Source of the DNA: Guillardia theta CCMP2712
Taxonomy: Eukaryota > Protista > Cryptophyta
DNA: 64,000 nt
Assembly: GCF_000315625.1 (NCBI RefSeq)
Contig: NW_005434662.1
Coordinates: forward strand, 278,307 to 342,306
Direction of reading: 5' to 3'
This document shows positions 9,886 through 22,739 of this stretch, one piece after another. The notes under the pieces are model-generated. The model had not been told where the DNA came from, did not search any database, and saw only the letters and a list, made by a program, of their open reading frames with translations. Within the stretch, counting starts at the first letter, position 1. Every line of letters begins with the position of its first letter. The translations under genes were made by a program, and so were the position numbers.

Positions 9886-12846
9886 ATGAACTCTCGTACC
9901 TCGGCCTCGCTCCTCCTCTTGCTGATGGTGCCGTCTGCAAGGGCCGATGGATGGTGCCAGGGGAACAAGGCCACCATGAGCTGCTGCAATCCAGCCAACG
10001 GGGGAGAAGCAGGGGTCTACTTCCTCCCTATCTTCCCCATGGAGTATGAGTGGGACCGAGGGTTTCGCGCCTTCTTGTACCTGGTGGGTCTGCTGTGGAG
10101 CTTTTTGGGTGTTTCTGTGCTCAGCGATGTGTTCATGACCGGCATCGAGAGGGTGACGAACTCGACGAGGAAGGTGAGACGGCCGAAGCTCGACTCCAAC
10201 GGCAGAGCGATCCTGGTGGACGGTCAAGAGCAGTACGAGGAGGTGCAAGTCTTGATTTGGAACCCAGCGGTAGCCAACCTCACGCTCATGGCCCTGGGGT
10301 CGTCGACCCCGGAGATCCTCCTCTCAGTCATTGAGATCTGCTTCTCAGGCTTCTACTCGGGCGAGTTGGGGCCAGGGACGGTCGTTGGGTCGGCCGCGTT
10401 CAACCTGTTTGTGATAACTGCACTCTGCATGCTCTCGATCCCTAAGTCGGAGACGAGGAAGATAGACGGGTTCCTCTCCTTCTGCATCACCACCGTCTTC
10501 TCAGTCTTCGCCTACCTGTGGGTTTACATCTCTGTGATGGACAACGTGGTGACAGTGGCGGAAGCTGTCATCACCTTCTGCATGTTCCCACTGCTGACGT
10601 TGATGGTGTACATGGCGGACAACGGGCTCTACTCGAAGATGTTCTACACCATAGCAAGAATCCGACCGGACGAGCTCGACGATGAGACCCCGCCGCCTGC
10701 ACCCATGACATCTACCCCACTAGAGTCCTTCCGCTCCTTCTCGGCGCTTCAGACCAGTCGCTCGATCATCGAGGACGGAGGGAAACTCTTCCTGCGGCAG
10801 AACCAGTCTCGCGTCAAGTATCGTCACCTTGCTCTTCAGAGCCTCATGGGAGGCAAGAAGATCACGCCCGAAGACCTGCAGGCCCCGGAGCTCTACATAG
10901 AGAAGAACCTGATGGAGGCAGAGGCCGAGTCGCTTCTCCCTGTGATCCAGTTTGAGAGCCCGAACTTCTCTTTCCTCGAGACTGTCGGGATTGCCAAACT
11001 GGTTGTGACGCGTCAGGGGAACTTGTCGGTGGAGGCAGATGTTGAGTACCAAACCAGAGATGGCACAGCAAAGAACTCGGTGCACTACGAGCAAACCAGC
11101 GGCGTCCTCCACTTCGATCCCTTCGAGACTGAGCAGACCATCTTGATTCGTATCCTGCATGACTTGGAATGGAACGAAGATTTGGAGTTCACGACGGAGC
11201 TTTCGGTCGTGGATTCTCAGCTCGTGAAACTTGGGGGGATGTATCAGGCCGTCGTGACCATCATCGACATGGACGGGCCGGGGGTCTTCGAGTGGGTGGA
11301 GAAGGAGCCTCAGTTCTTTCTCAGCTCGGACAGCGCGGCATACCTCCAGCTGCAGAGGATGAAGGGATGCACTGGCGATGTCAAGATCAGGGTGAGGACA
11401 GTCGACGACAGCGCGCAGGTCAAGTTGCTGGCTGGTCGTATCATCTGCTCACGCGGTATCCCTTGCAGGCAGGACAGCACTTCGTCGGCATGGATGAGTT
11501 GGTGTCCTTCAAGGACTGTCAGGCCTCCAAGACTGTCAAGGTGTCTGACTTACTCCTTCCTCCTTTCAAGCGCTCTGACATCTCCTCAGATTCGCCTCCA
11601 GAACTTTGACAAGCCTGAGGACGCGGGGGAAGACTACATGGTAGGCTGTGCTGCCGGTGGCCGTGGCTGACCTTGTTGTGCAGGTTCGATTTTTTGTTAA
11701 GATACAAGACATGGACGACGGTTCAGGCATTGTGATCAGCGAGTACGACACGATAGAAGTGCGAGTTGAGCACAGGGAGCAAGCCGACGAGGACGAGGAG
11801 ATCACCTGGACGCAGCAGTTCAAGCAGGCGCTGAGTGTCAACGGAGGTCAAGACATGGCTGACGCCAGCGCTACTGGGCTTGTGCTGCACTACATCTCCA
11901 TCACCTGGAAGCTCGTCGCTGCCTTCATCCCTCCTCCGTCCATCTGGGACGGCTGGGCGACCTTTTGCGTCGCCCTGGGGATGATCGGGGTGGTGACCAC
12001 ACTGATCAACGACCTTGCCTCCATCTTCGGCTGCATCATCGGGCTCGAGGACCCCGTCACTGCCATCACCATCGTCGCTCTCGGCACCTCCCTCCCCGAC
12101 ACGTTCGCCTCCGTCCTCTCCATCCGGGCGGATGACAACGCTGACAACGCCGTCGGGAACGTGACGGGCAGCAACTCCATCAACGTCTTCCTCGGTCTTG
12201 GGCTGCCCTGGACGATTGCGGCGATTTACTGGCACTACACACCTCCGACTGCGAGGTTGGGAGAGGAAGAGCTGAGGGAAACCTGCTGCGAAGATGGCGT
12301 GGAAGAGGCAAAGGAGATGAGGGGAAGAGGGAGGGAGAGAGAGAGGGAGCGAACATACAAGATAAGGCGGGAGCGAGGGAAATGGCGGAGGAGGGAGTTG
12401 AAGAGAACATGATTGATTTCGAGTTTCAGGTGGTTGGAAACTTATCAAGGGACACCCGGCAACCGTCCAAGAATGTATCCAAGCGTGCAGAACAACAATG
12501 CTTTCCTGCCGGAGAACGGGGGCAACGGCGGGTTTGTGGTAGCAGGAGGGAACTTGGGGTTCAACACTATCTACTTCACGATCCTCACCGTCATAGCCAT
12601 CTCCACTTTGCTGCTCAGGCGCTTCGTCTATGGACACGAACTTGGAGGAGAAGGAATGATTAACAAAGTTTCGGTAAGCGAGGAGGATACAAAGATGTCG
12701 CCTCATGGTCGGTGCAGGCTGCTCTGTTCCTGCTGTTGTGGTTCGCCTATATCATAGTCGCAAGCTTACAGGTCAGCCTCCATCTGCTGTTCGCTCACAC
12801 TCACAAGAAGCAGACTTACTATCCAAGCTCCTTCCCCGCCTTCTAG
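9886..12846 (+). CDS. NCX: Na+/Ca2+ exchanger (SLC8/NCX family) with signal peptide and Calx-beta domains
   Basis: Alpha-1 repeat ANLTLMALGSSTPEILLS / GTVVGSAAFNLF; Calx-beta (VEYQTRDGTAK..YEQTSGVLHF); alpha-2 repeat ALGTSLPDTFAS / GNVTGSNSINVFLGLGLPW; ELGG C-terminal motif. Spliced last exons end in TAG at 12846. Confidence 0.95.
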
Positions 12847-14285
12847 CTAACGCTGTTAATTTCCAAGCCCTCGACTTTTCACGATTTTTTTCCGTCTTGT
12901 TATACATTGATTCTCAACCATTTACTTCAAGGAATTCAAATCAAGTCGCACTTCTCGATGAACAGCCCACAACAGCTGCACTGTGTTAAGCCCTATGATC
13001 TGCTTCTCCCGATACTAAGCTTGCGAAAGTAGCGAGTCATACCAGCACATATTCCAATAACACCTAGACTCCATACTGCTTCAAGAACGCAAGTTTGCTG
13101 GTCTGATTCGCGTGATCATATTTCTTCATGCACAAGCTGGCGTCGGACTGGTTTGGACCGAGCGAGCTTCTGAACAACTTCACAGCACATGCCTCCAAAA
13201 TCCTACCAGATCAAATCAGAGATGAAAACGTTTTCTACAACTCTCTCGACTTAAATTTCTCCCGCATGACAGATCTAAGCACACAGCTTGAAGGGAATGC
13301 TAAAATCTACTTTGTTCTCAATCTTGCTTCCACAAAATCACCGAGAAAAGTACTCTGTTGCATCGAGTATCCGCTAGGCACAACTCTATGACGCGCATGG
13401 AAATGCAGTGGATCTATTGTTTTCCTGCTAGCCCAGAGACTTTCCTGCAGCGATTCTGACCTAGAGAAACATGTTCGCTATCTTGACCTTCTCATACCGA
13501 CCAAGCATAAACCAACAAACATCAGAGGAGACGAGGCAAGGTACTCCTTCATTGCACCGTTCAGCCCTCAGTGCGTAGGCTCACTCTATCGTTCTACTTC
13601 TCTTCCACCTGTTAACTACAGTGGACATAGATTCTTCCTCTCCTCACCTTGTCGACATCTTGGTATGCTTCGGCATCGCGAACGGCGTTGGCGCCTGCTT
13701 TCCGTGCATGGTTGAATCGGCGCTCTCAAGAGTCATCCAACACTACCCCCTCTAAATCCCTCTGAATCACCCCTCCAATAGCATTACCCCCTACCCCTTC
13801 AATAATACTAAAAATAACCCCAGATTCCCCTTACACCACCCCACCCTATTTTAAACGATATCAAATACACCCGTAGGACAACATTTTGGGTACCCCATGA
13901 GGGATTCTATTGTACCCCTCTTTGAGATTAATTTAGAACCCGTAGCATAGTACCCCCACCCCTCTTCTTCTAGCTCAAGAAGAGAGAAAGGAGTTTTTAA
14001 CTTAACTTTTGAGTAAAAGATGTAGAGGGCAGCAAGAAATGACGGGGAGGGGAGAAGGGGGGGGGGTAAGAAGAAGCAGAGGAAAGCAAGTAGCGATGCA
14101 TAGAGGTAGATAGTGAAGACGAAGCGACAGTGAAGCGATGCCAGGCTGAAGGAGGAGGGAAAGTCATACAAGGCAAGGACTTGACGATCAACTTTATGTT
14201 TGTGACTCATTGTTCCACCCACTCTGAAATCCTTTGGTTGAAGGTGCAATAGTCAGTCAAAGTCGTAATTGAGAACAGCATAAGG

Positions 14286-15715
14286 ATGTGCAGACTCGTT
14301 TCTTGCTGCCTTCTTCTTGTTTGCTTGCCACACGCCTTCCCATTTGCAGCAATCCCTTCTGTCAAGGTGCCTGAGACCTTCGGGGCCTTGAGAAAGTTTT
14401 TGGACTTGCAAAAGCATGATTCATCCAAGTTGCTGGCTGGCCTGAGGCAACATGTGAGCAGGAGAAGGCCAACAGCTCACAGTCTATCAAGGATGTCTGG
14501 TGGATCGAGCGGTGAGATAATTCGGCGGGAAGTGCTCACTGAATCTCGCTGGCAGAGACTAGCATGGGGATTCTTGTGTTCATTACGTGTGTTCCGGGAA
14601 CCGAAGAGGCTTTCAAGGAAGCCTCCCTCAACAATGCCAAGAACAGTGTGCAAGAAGCTGGTATTGCTCGCTTCGACTGCATTCAGGTTTGGGATGCAAA
14701 GTAGCTTCGTGGGGGGCAACACTGACAGTAGCCTCCTGACAGAGCATCACCGATCCTACCAAGTTCGTGCTCGTGGAGGTGGCTCTAGTCTCGTCACCCC
14801 CTCGTGCGTTGACGGCTTCCTTGCGATCAGGTGTACAAGACGGGAGCGGACGGGCAGGCAAAACATCGGGAAACCGCACATTACTTGAAATGGAGGGACA
14901 CCGTCGCCGACATGATGGCGGAGCCCAGGACGGCGGTCAAGTACAACACGATCTTTCCTGAATCCTTCAAAGGATGGGATGTGCCCCAGGAACTCAGCAG
15001 CGGGGGAGCAGGTGCGCTCTGGGGAGGAGGGAGGTGAGGTGCTGATCGGGGGGCAGAGGACGGAAAGGACAACCTACTGGCCGTACACGTCTCGGTGCAG
15101 TGCAAGCCCGGCACTGAGAATGACTTCATTCAAGCTTCCGTTGAGAACGCCAAGAACAGTGTGAGGGAGCCGGGCATCGCAAGGTTTGATGTCCTTCAGG
15201 TGAAGTAGCTCCCGATGAGCGTTCGTGTCTGCATCCGAACCCTCCGAGGCTGGACTCACACGTGGAGTAGAATCAGGAGGATGCGACCAAGTTCCTCCTC
15301 ATCGAGGTCTACCGCAGTGAGGCTGCTACCCTCGAGCACAAGGAGACCGCGCACTACAAGGTGAGAAGCATGGCCTTGCTTGCTCGTGGGGTGAGACTGA
15401 CCCTCTGGTTCCAAGAAATGGAGAGACACCGTCCAGGATATGATGGCGCAACCTCGATCGGCCTTGTGAGCTGCCTCCTATCTTCAATTCTTACTCTCCC
15501 TCCCTCTCCCTCCCTCCCTCCCTCTCCCTCCCTCTCCCTTCCTCCCTCTCTCTCCCTCCCTCTGCCTCTCTTCCTTCCTCCCCCAACACACAAATCCCCC
15601 TCTGTCCCTTCATTTTCCTTTCCCGTCTCCCTTTTGCCGTTGTTTAGACCTTGCCAACAGGAAATACACGTCTTGCTTCCCCTTTCTCGATCAGAACTGG
15701 AAGTATCCCCTCTGA
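14286..15715 (+). CDS. Tandem ABM/LsrG-like (putative quinol monooxygenase) domain protein with probable bipartite plastid-targeting presequence
   Basis: Two spliced repeats of C[V/K]PGTE..F..AS..NAKNSV.E.GIARFD..Q....TKF.L.EVY.......H.ETAHY.KWRDTV.DMMA.PR. The N-terminus is a hydrophobic signal followed by AF/PF and a Ser/Arg-rich transit-like stretch. TGA at 15713-15715. Confidence 0.85.
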
Positions 15716-15859
15716 CTAGGTGATTCCTGTGCGGTAAACGCTCCTTGTGCTTGACCGGCGACTGCCTTGCAGGACGAAGCAAGCTCTAGAAACGACAGGA
15801 CACGCGCGTGTGTAGATGCGAGTTACATTACAGTATCCTCTATCGCTTCTTCTGGTGAT

Positions 15860-17782
15860 CTAATCCCTCGTCATGAAGTCGCCTCCGTTGTGCATGTCCC
15901 AGCCCTGCAGGTCCGTCATCAAACCCCTTCTCCATTCCCACCGCTGGCTCACATTGACAAAGGTGTCGGTGATGGGCTCGCCAGAACGATGAAGAGTCCG
16001 GGCCACCAACTGCCATTCAAAGCTCAACCCCCCCGCCAACAGACGCTCACTCCCGCTCTCCTCGGTACCCACCTCCTCCGGCAGCTCCTCGTCTTCAAGC
16101 TCCCCTTGGAAGCCGAACGGATCAGCCTTCCCGTTGAGAGATCCCCTGGCGATCTGACCCCTCACATCAGTCTACCCCTCCCTTGCGCCTCCTCCCCCCT
16201 CCCCCCACCTGCTTCGTCAACGGGTCGTCGCTCTTGGAGCACTTGCCTGGCCTGCAGTCTGGTGCCTTGCAAGCTGTGTGCCTCCGCTCGAGCACCTGCC
16301 ACGCCCACGGCTCAGCCCTCCGACGCTCCTCCTCTTGTCCTCCTACCTCCTTCAACGGACATCGGCTGCACGTCCGCCTGCATCGCTCGACAAGCGGCGT
16401 GACCCTGGGAAACCCTTTCTTGCGGTCGTATCGAGCTTCCAGCACGCTTTTCGTCACCGTGTTCATCAGCTGCTTCTTCATCTGCCTCGTAGACGGGAAC
16501 GAGTCCGAGGGATACCCGTACGAGTCCTGCATGTACTGTGCGGCGTCTCCCCACACCATCTTGAGCAGCTCAGGATCCAGCGGAGACTTGTGGTCCGACC
16601 CGTACTCCGAGTGCGCGAACTGCAGCAGCCGCTGGTCTTGCAGCCTGAGCACCAGCGTGCAGCCGTCAGGTTGCCGGGCCCGCCTCTCACACCCTCCCTG
16701 ACTACCTCTCCTTGTCCGCCTCGGACAGTCGGGCGTCCTTGCTGTAGAGCGGGTCTGTCCTGTCTCGGTCCGCCTGGCCGAAGAACGCTCCTGCCTCCGA
16801 GAAAGGCGACGCGCTCCTCGGGTCCCTACATCCTGCTGTCAGCAGCGACCTCCCCGCCCCAGCCCCAGAGTCAAGGCATCGTACCTGGGAGATCTGAACC
16901 TGTCCCCAGTCCCGTCTTTGTGCTGCTGGTCGAAGCCCGAGATCCAGTTGTCTCCGAGGTCGGCTCCGTCGCTATGAGGGTAACGCTGCGGGACAGTGTT
17001 GTGCATGTTGGGCTCGATTCCGGATCTCCTGTCGCGCTCTTCTCGCTCATAGCTGTAGTCGCTTGACTCGCGAAGGTACTTCTCGTAATCCTCGATGTCT
17101 CGCGCAACCTGTTTCTTCCAGCGGTCGCACTCATCTGGATCAGGCTTGGTGGTACAAGCAGGGGGAGGGTTGTCGTAGGTAGGACGTTGTCTTGCAACAT
17201 GATTGTGATCTTGATTCACGTGACCTTCATGTTGTTCATGACTGCCATGATGTTCGTTATTCCCATGACTCTCTTGTCCCTGATGATGTTCTGAATGATG
17301 CTCCTGATGACTGGTTGAATGTTCAGAAGCTCCTCCGCCGGCATTGAACAAGGCTGTGCTCCTGTGTCTCTGCCGCCCCTCTGCATCAGCTCTACTCCTC
17401 CCCCTTCCCTCCCCCTTACCTGCTTCAACCCTGCTCCAAAGGTCCCTCGCCTAATCTATCGTTCNNNNNNNNNNNNNNNNNNNNNNNNNNNNNNNNNNNN
17501 NNNNNNNNNNNNNNNNNNNNNNNNNNNNNNNNNNNNNNNNNNNNNNNNNNNNNNNNNNNNNNNNGAGCAACAGAGACAAAGAGAGACAGAGAGACAGACA
17601 GAGGCAGACAGCGAGAGATAGGGAGGGAGGGAGGGAGGGAGGGAGAGAGGGAGGGAGGGAGGGAGACTCACCGCGTGTTGCCATCCGAGGATACAGAGCA
17701 CAGCGAGCGAGCAGGCGAGCAAGCTGAGCGCTACGTGATGACGGGAAGCTCGGAGGATGCTGGGATGGAATCGGTATGCCAT
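15860..17782 (-). CDS. His-rich signal-anchored protein of unknown function, paralogue A
   Basis: Exon 1 MAYRFHPSILRASRHHVALSLLACSLAVLCILGWQHA then gtgagt; His/Glu-rich linker; Cys-containing C-terminal part. GT-AG splicing keeps the frame (..DPLYSKDARLSEADKER/LQDQRLLQF..). Intron 1 contains an N-gap. Confidence 0.7.
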
Positions 17783-20565
17783 GAATGCAGTAGGAGCGGA
17801 AGGTCTGTGAAGGGCTGGAAGGATCAAGGGCTTGACGCCAAGAGTGGATTGTGCCTATCACCATGTTCAGAAATGTTTTCGGCCAGCAACATATCCCCTT
17901 GTGCTCACTTCTACCCTTTTCTTCTCTGTCGCTAGCTTTTCTCTTCCCTTGCTTGCCTTGTCCTCACGCACAAACTCCCTCGTTCCCTTCCTTCAGATTC
18001 GTCGCTGCATTTCCTCTGCCCTTCCTCAACATCCCTGTGTCGCCTTGTCTCTTCAGGTTCAGCACAAACCTTTTCGAAACTTTCCTCTTTGTTTTCAAAG
18101 CTTTGAAATGATATTGAGTCAAATCAAATTTTTTCGGAATAAAGATTTATAAAGTTGTATGATGACACGGAAATTTCTTTTTTTTTTCGTCGGTTCCGGT
18201 TAAAATGCAACATGGGGCGAGTGTGGGCGAAGAGAAGAAACAAGCGATGCAGAGAGGGGGGGGGAGGCTGGAGAGGGAGACACGCACACAGGGAGGGAGG
18301 GAGGGTGGAAGTATAGCAAGTCGGAGAGGGAGTATGACAGTGCAGGGGTAAAATCAAAGGGGAGATGATGTGGTGGGCCATGAAGAAGAGGAGATGATTT
18401 TAGAAAGAGAGGAGGACACGTGGAGAAAGGATGGCACAGAAGGAATCAACGTCAAAGCGCAGGGGAACATGCAAAGGCAGATATAATGAGATAGGAATGG
18501 GAATGGAGAAAGAAACGAAGGCAGGTGTAAGAAGATTACAACGAAGCGAGGAGGAAGGAGAAACTGTCAAGTAAAACAGGAGGTCTATCTATTTGCGTTT
18601 CCTACATGTTGTGTGCTGGTTCCACGTAAAGGATATCAAATTGCTCTTTCTTGGAGTGGTTACCCTGTTCCCCTTGCAATGAAAGTGCTGCCTCACAACT
18701 CGTTAAGAAACATAACATCATAACATCCGTATTGCATTGAACTTGCTGTATGCCTGTACTGACATGACAAACACGACGTCGGTTTCAAACAGAGAGAAAC
18801 AAGTAGATCTTGAATGATCTAAATATGCAAAAAATGTGGAGGTAAACGAAGTATAGTTTCGAAATCACAGTTGAACCCCACCGCCTCCCTCGTCCTGAAG
18901 ACTTACAGCAGATAAATATTCCATCACAGAACTACTCCACTCCACTTCTTCATGTCATCTGGTCAGCCTTCATGAAGTCTACACCGTTGTGCATGTCCCA
19001 GCCCTGCAGGTCCGTCATCAACCCCCTTCTCCATTCCCACCGCTGGCTAACCCGAATAATAGCGTCGGTGATGGGCTCGCCATAGCGGCTGAACGTGCTC
19101 ACAAGATTGCGTTGCGAGGCAACAACCTGCCATTCAAGACTCAACCCCCCCGCCAACAGACGCTCACTCCCGCTCTCCTCGGTACCCACCTCCTCCGGCA
19201 GCTCCTCGTCTTCAAGCTCCCCTTGGAAGCCGAACGGATCAGCCTTCCCGTTGAGAGATCCCCTGGCGATCTGACCCCTCACATCAGCCTACCCTTCCCT
19301 TGCGCCTCCTCCCCCCTCCCATGCGCCTCCTCCCCCCTCCCCCCACCTGCTTCGTCAGCGGGTCGTCGCTCTTGGAGCACTTGCCTGGCCTGCAGTCTGG
19401 TGCCTTGCAAGCTGTGTGCCTCCGCTCGAGCACCTGCCACGCCCACGGCTCAGCCCTCCGACGCTCCTCCTCTTGTCCTCCTACCTCCTTCAACGGACAT
19501 CGGCTGCACGTCCGCCTGCATCGCTCGACAAGCGGCGTGACCCTGGGAAACCCTTTCTTGCGGTCGTATCGAGCTTCCAGCACGCCTTTCGTCACCGTGT
19601 TCATCAGCTGCTTCTTCATCTGCCTCGTAGACGGGAACGAGTCTGAGGGATACCCGTACGAGTCCTGCATGTACTGTGCGGCATCTCCCCACACCATCTT
19701 GCGCAGCTCAGGATCCAGCGGAGACTTGTGGTCCGACCCGTACTCCGAGTGCGCGAACTGCAGCAGCCGCTGGTCTTGCAGCCTGAGCACCAGCGTGCAG
19801 CCGTCAGGTTGCCGGGCCCGCCTCTCACACCCTCCCTGACTACCTCTCCTTGTCCGCCTCGGACAGTCGGGCGTCCTTGCTGAATGCGGGTCTGTCCTGT
19901 CTCGGTCCGCCTGGCCGAAGAACGCTCCTGCCTCCGAGAAAGGCGACGCGCTCCTCGGGTCCCTACATCCTGCTGTCAGCAGCGACCTCCCCGCCCCCAG
20001 CCCCAGAGTCAAGGCATCGTACCTGGGAGATCTGAACCTGTCCCCAGTCCCGTCTTTGTGCTGCTGGTCGAAGCCCGAGATCCAGTTGTCTCCGAGGTCG
20101 GCTCCGTCGCTATGAGGGTAACGCTGCGGGACAGTGTTGTGCATGTTGGGCTCGATTCCGGATCTCCTGTCGCGCTCTTCTCGCTCATAGCTGTAGTCGC
20201 TTGACTCGCGAAGGTACTTCTCGTAATCCTCGATGTCTCGCGCAACCTGTTTCTTCCAGCGGTCGCACTCATCTGGATCAGGCTTGGTGGTACAAGCAGG
20301 GGGAGGGTTGTCGTAGGTAGGACGTTGTCTTGCAACATGATTGTGATCTTGATTCACGTGACCTTCATGTTGTTCATGACTGCCATGATGTTCGTTATTC
20401 CCATGACTCTCTTGTCCCTGATGATGTTCTGAATGATGCTCCTGATGACTGGTTGAATGTTCAGAAGCTCCTCCGCCGGCATTGAACAAGGCTGTGCTCC
20501 TGTGTCTCTGCCGCCCCTCTGCATCAGCTCTACTCCTCCCCCTTCCCTCCCCCTTACCTGCTTCA
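15874..20565. repeat. Tandem duplication: ~15874-17427 vs ~18972-20565 (offset ~3138 over most of its length); second block 17665-17837 vs 22024-22196
   Basis: Near letter-for-letter identity including introns; identical ORFs are reported at 16871/20009 and 17319/20457. Confidence 0.95.
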
Positions 20566-21913
20566 TCTCCTCCCCTAGCAGCTTCATGGTCTCCCACTCC
20601 ATCTTCGCCATGGCAGACATCATCTCCATCTCTCGATCCACGCGCCTCGCCCCGGCCCTCCTCTTCTCGCCGGTCCCCTGGCCCCCTCCCCGGTCAGCTC
20701 CCTTGCCTGCCTCTTGCACAGCCCGACGTCGGGCGACGCCTCCTACCTCGTGGGCCTTCTGGACCAGCTTCTGCGCTCGGCGCATCTCTGCTCTCAGTGC
20801 TGGAGGCTCCCCGTAAGTCTCCTTCCTCCTCCCCCCCCCTCGGTCTTACCGTCCATGTCTGCCTGCCGCTGGGACCGCTCGCCCTCAACCTTGGCCCTGA
20901 GCGTCTGCCCCTCCCGTCAGCCCCTTGCATCACCCGCATCCCTCCCGCTCGTCCTACCGACGCGACGAGATCTGCCTTCCTCATCTTCTCGACATCCGAC
21001 CTCTCCTGCGACCTGACGCGGTCGATCCTCCCTCGGATCTCTCGCAGCTTCTCGTCCTCGCTCCGAAGCCTCGTGCTCGCTTCTCCCACATCAGCTCCGC
21101 TCTGCACATACGCCAGCCTCACGTCACCAGCCCCCGAAGCCCCCGAGGCTCCTCCTCTGTCTCACCCTTCGCCTCGACGACCTACGGTCCTCTCGCGTCA
21201 GCAGCTTGTCCGCAGACGTCACGTCCGCCTCAAGCCCCGCCATCTCCGACTGCTCCCCCGTCAGGCTTCCTCGCCCTCTCTCCTGCGCCCCACCTCCGCA
21301 TCGAGACGCGCGAGCGACACTCGCCGGCTCCCCTGCTGCTTGAAACACTAGCGAAGAAGTGCCAGATGGGCTTTGAGTTAGAGCATGTCGATCTCTGGAA
21401 TTGTAACATTGAAGCTGATGTAAACCGGGTCTCTGGTCTCTTTACCAAGCAAGTAAGATAAGCTACAACACGGATTATCAGCTTCTTTTGCCCCTCCCCC
21501 ATCTCCCAAGTCTCAAAATCCTCCGCGACATTGCAACCCACAAGCCCAAGCCAACGAGCTTGATCGTTTCTTCAGAGGCAACTGCCAAGAGTCTCACTCG
21601 AAAAGCTCACATACAACTTGTTGACGAACCAGAGTGTAGGCGTCGCCCATGTTGTCCTGTGATGCTGCCAGAGATCTGAGAGCAGAGTAAGTAGTGAAAG
21701 ACATACTTGAAACAGGTACATCAGCGCCTCTTGCTGCTCTGTCTCGTACTTCTTCTTCTCAAGGTCCGCATGCAGCAAATCCCACAACCTGCTAGATCGA
21801 CCGCCAGGNNNNNNNNNNNNNNNNNNNNNNNNNNNNNNNNNNNNNNNNNNNNNNNNNNNNNNNNNNNNNNNNNNNNNNNNNNNNNNNNNNNNNNNNNNNN
21901 NNNNNNNNGACTG

Positions 21914-21974
<61 letters not shown>

Positions 21975-22141
21975 CAGACAGAGAGAGAGACACACACAGA
22001 GAGAGAGGGGTGGGGGGTGGGGGGACTCACCGCGTGTTGCCATCCGAGGATACAGAGCACAGCGAGCGAGCAGGCGAGCAAGCTGAGCGCTACGTGATGA
22101 CGGGAAGCTCGAAGGATGCTGGGAGGGAATCGGTATGCCAT
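18950..22141 (-). CDS. His-rich signal-anchored protein, paralogue B (extra coiled-coil exons; apparent 1-nt frameshift near 19884)
   Basis: Near-identical exon 1 and body to paralogue A. Additional exons at ~20560-21340 (QGSRRVSLARLDAE/SEMAGLEADV..RSEDEKLREIRGRIDRV). The terminal exon has diverged. Confidence 0.6.
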
Positions 22142-22739
22142 GAATGCAGTAGGAACGGAAGGTTGGTGAAGGGCTGGAAGGATCAAGGGCTTGACACCAT
22201 GGCGCGATCACTCCTGCGTCCACAGGCTGCTAAGTAACATACAATAGCTTTTTTTCGCAATGGCTCACAGATATATACTTTGACTTCGGAGCAAACTAAT
22301 TACTTTGCTGTCAATGGTTATCTCTGTGGACTTCGCTCTCGTACAGGGCATGGAAACATGTATCTTAAGCTATAATCATCACCTGCTCAGCCTCCCTCGA
22401 ATCTTTCGAATGTATTGCTAAGTCATAGAGTCCCATAACAGACAGCATTTGAAATCTTTCGCGGCAAAGAATCTTGTCAAACTTCGACTCTCCAAGATCG
22501 TCCTGTCTACCGCTGAAAGCCCAGGAAGCTCTGTTTCTGTTCACCTCTCTGGAATAGTTTCAACGTTGCTGCTTGAAGAATCAGCTACTTCTGCTCTTCG
22601 CTCCTTCCCTTCTCTGGTTTACATCGGACATGGACAAAGATGAAGAGTCAAACCAAGTTCGACACTGTCATGCTCCCCCACCCCCCTTTCACCCACTAAA
22701 CCACCCCCCTTTTGTATACTTCCCGTTCAATATAGGAGT

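Noticed and set aside
11723-12706. 327-aa minus-strand ORF (and 62919-63875, 28615-29502, 40768-41478)
   Set aside because: Antisense shadows of GC3-rich real genes on the plus strand.
12900-13720. Possible minus-strand gene downstream of NCX
   Set aside because: Exon-like pieces exist but stops prevented a credible model; left unannotated.
15874-20565. Duplication as a pure assembly artefact
   Set aside because: The copies have different terminal exons, 3' flanks and exon 2, which favours a real duplication. Nearby N-gaps mean an artefact is not fully excluded.
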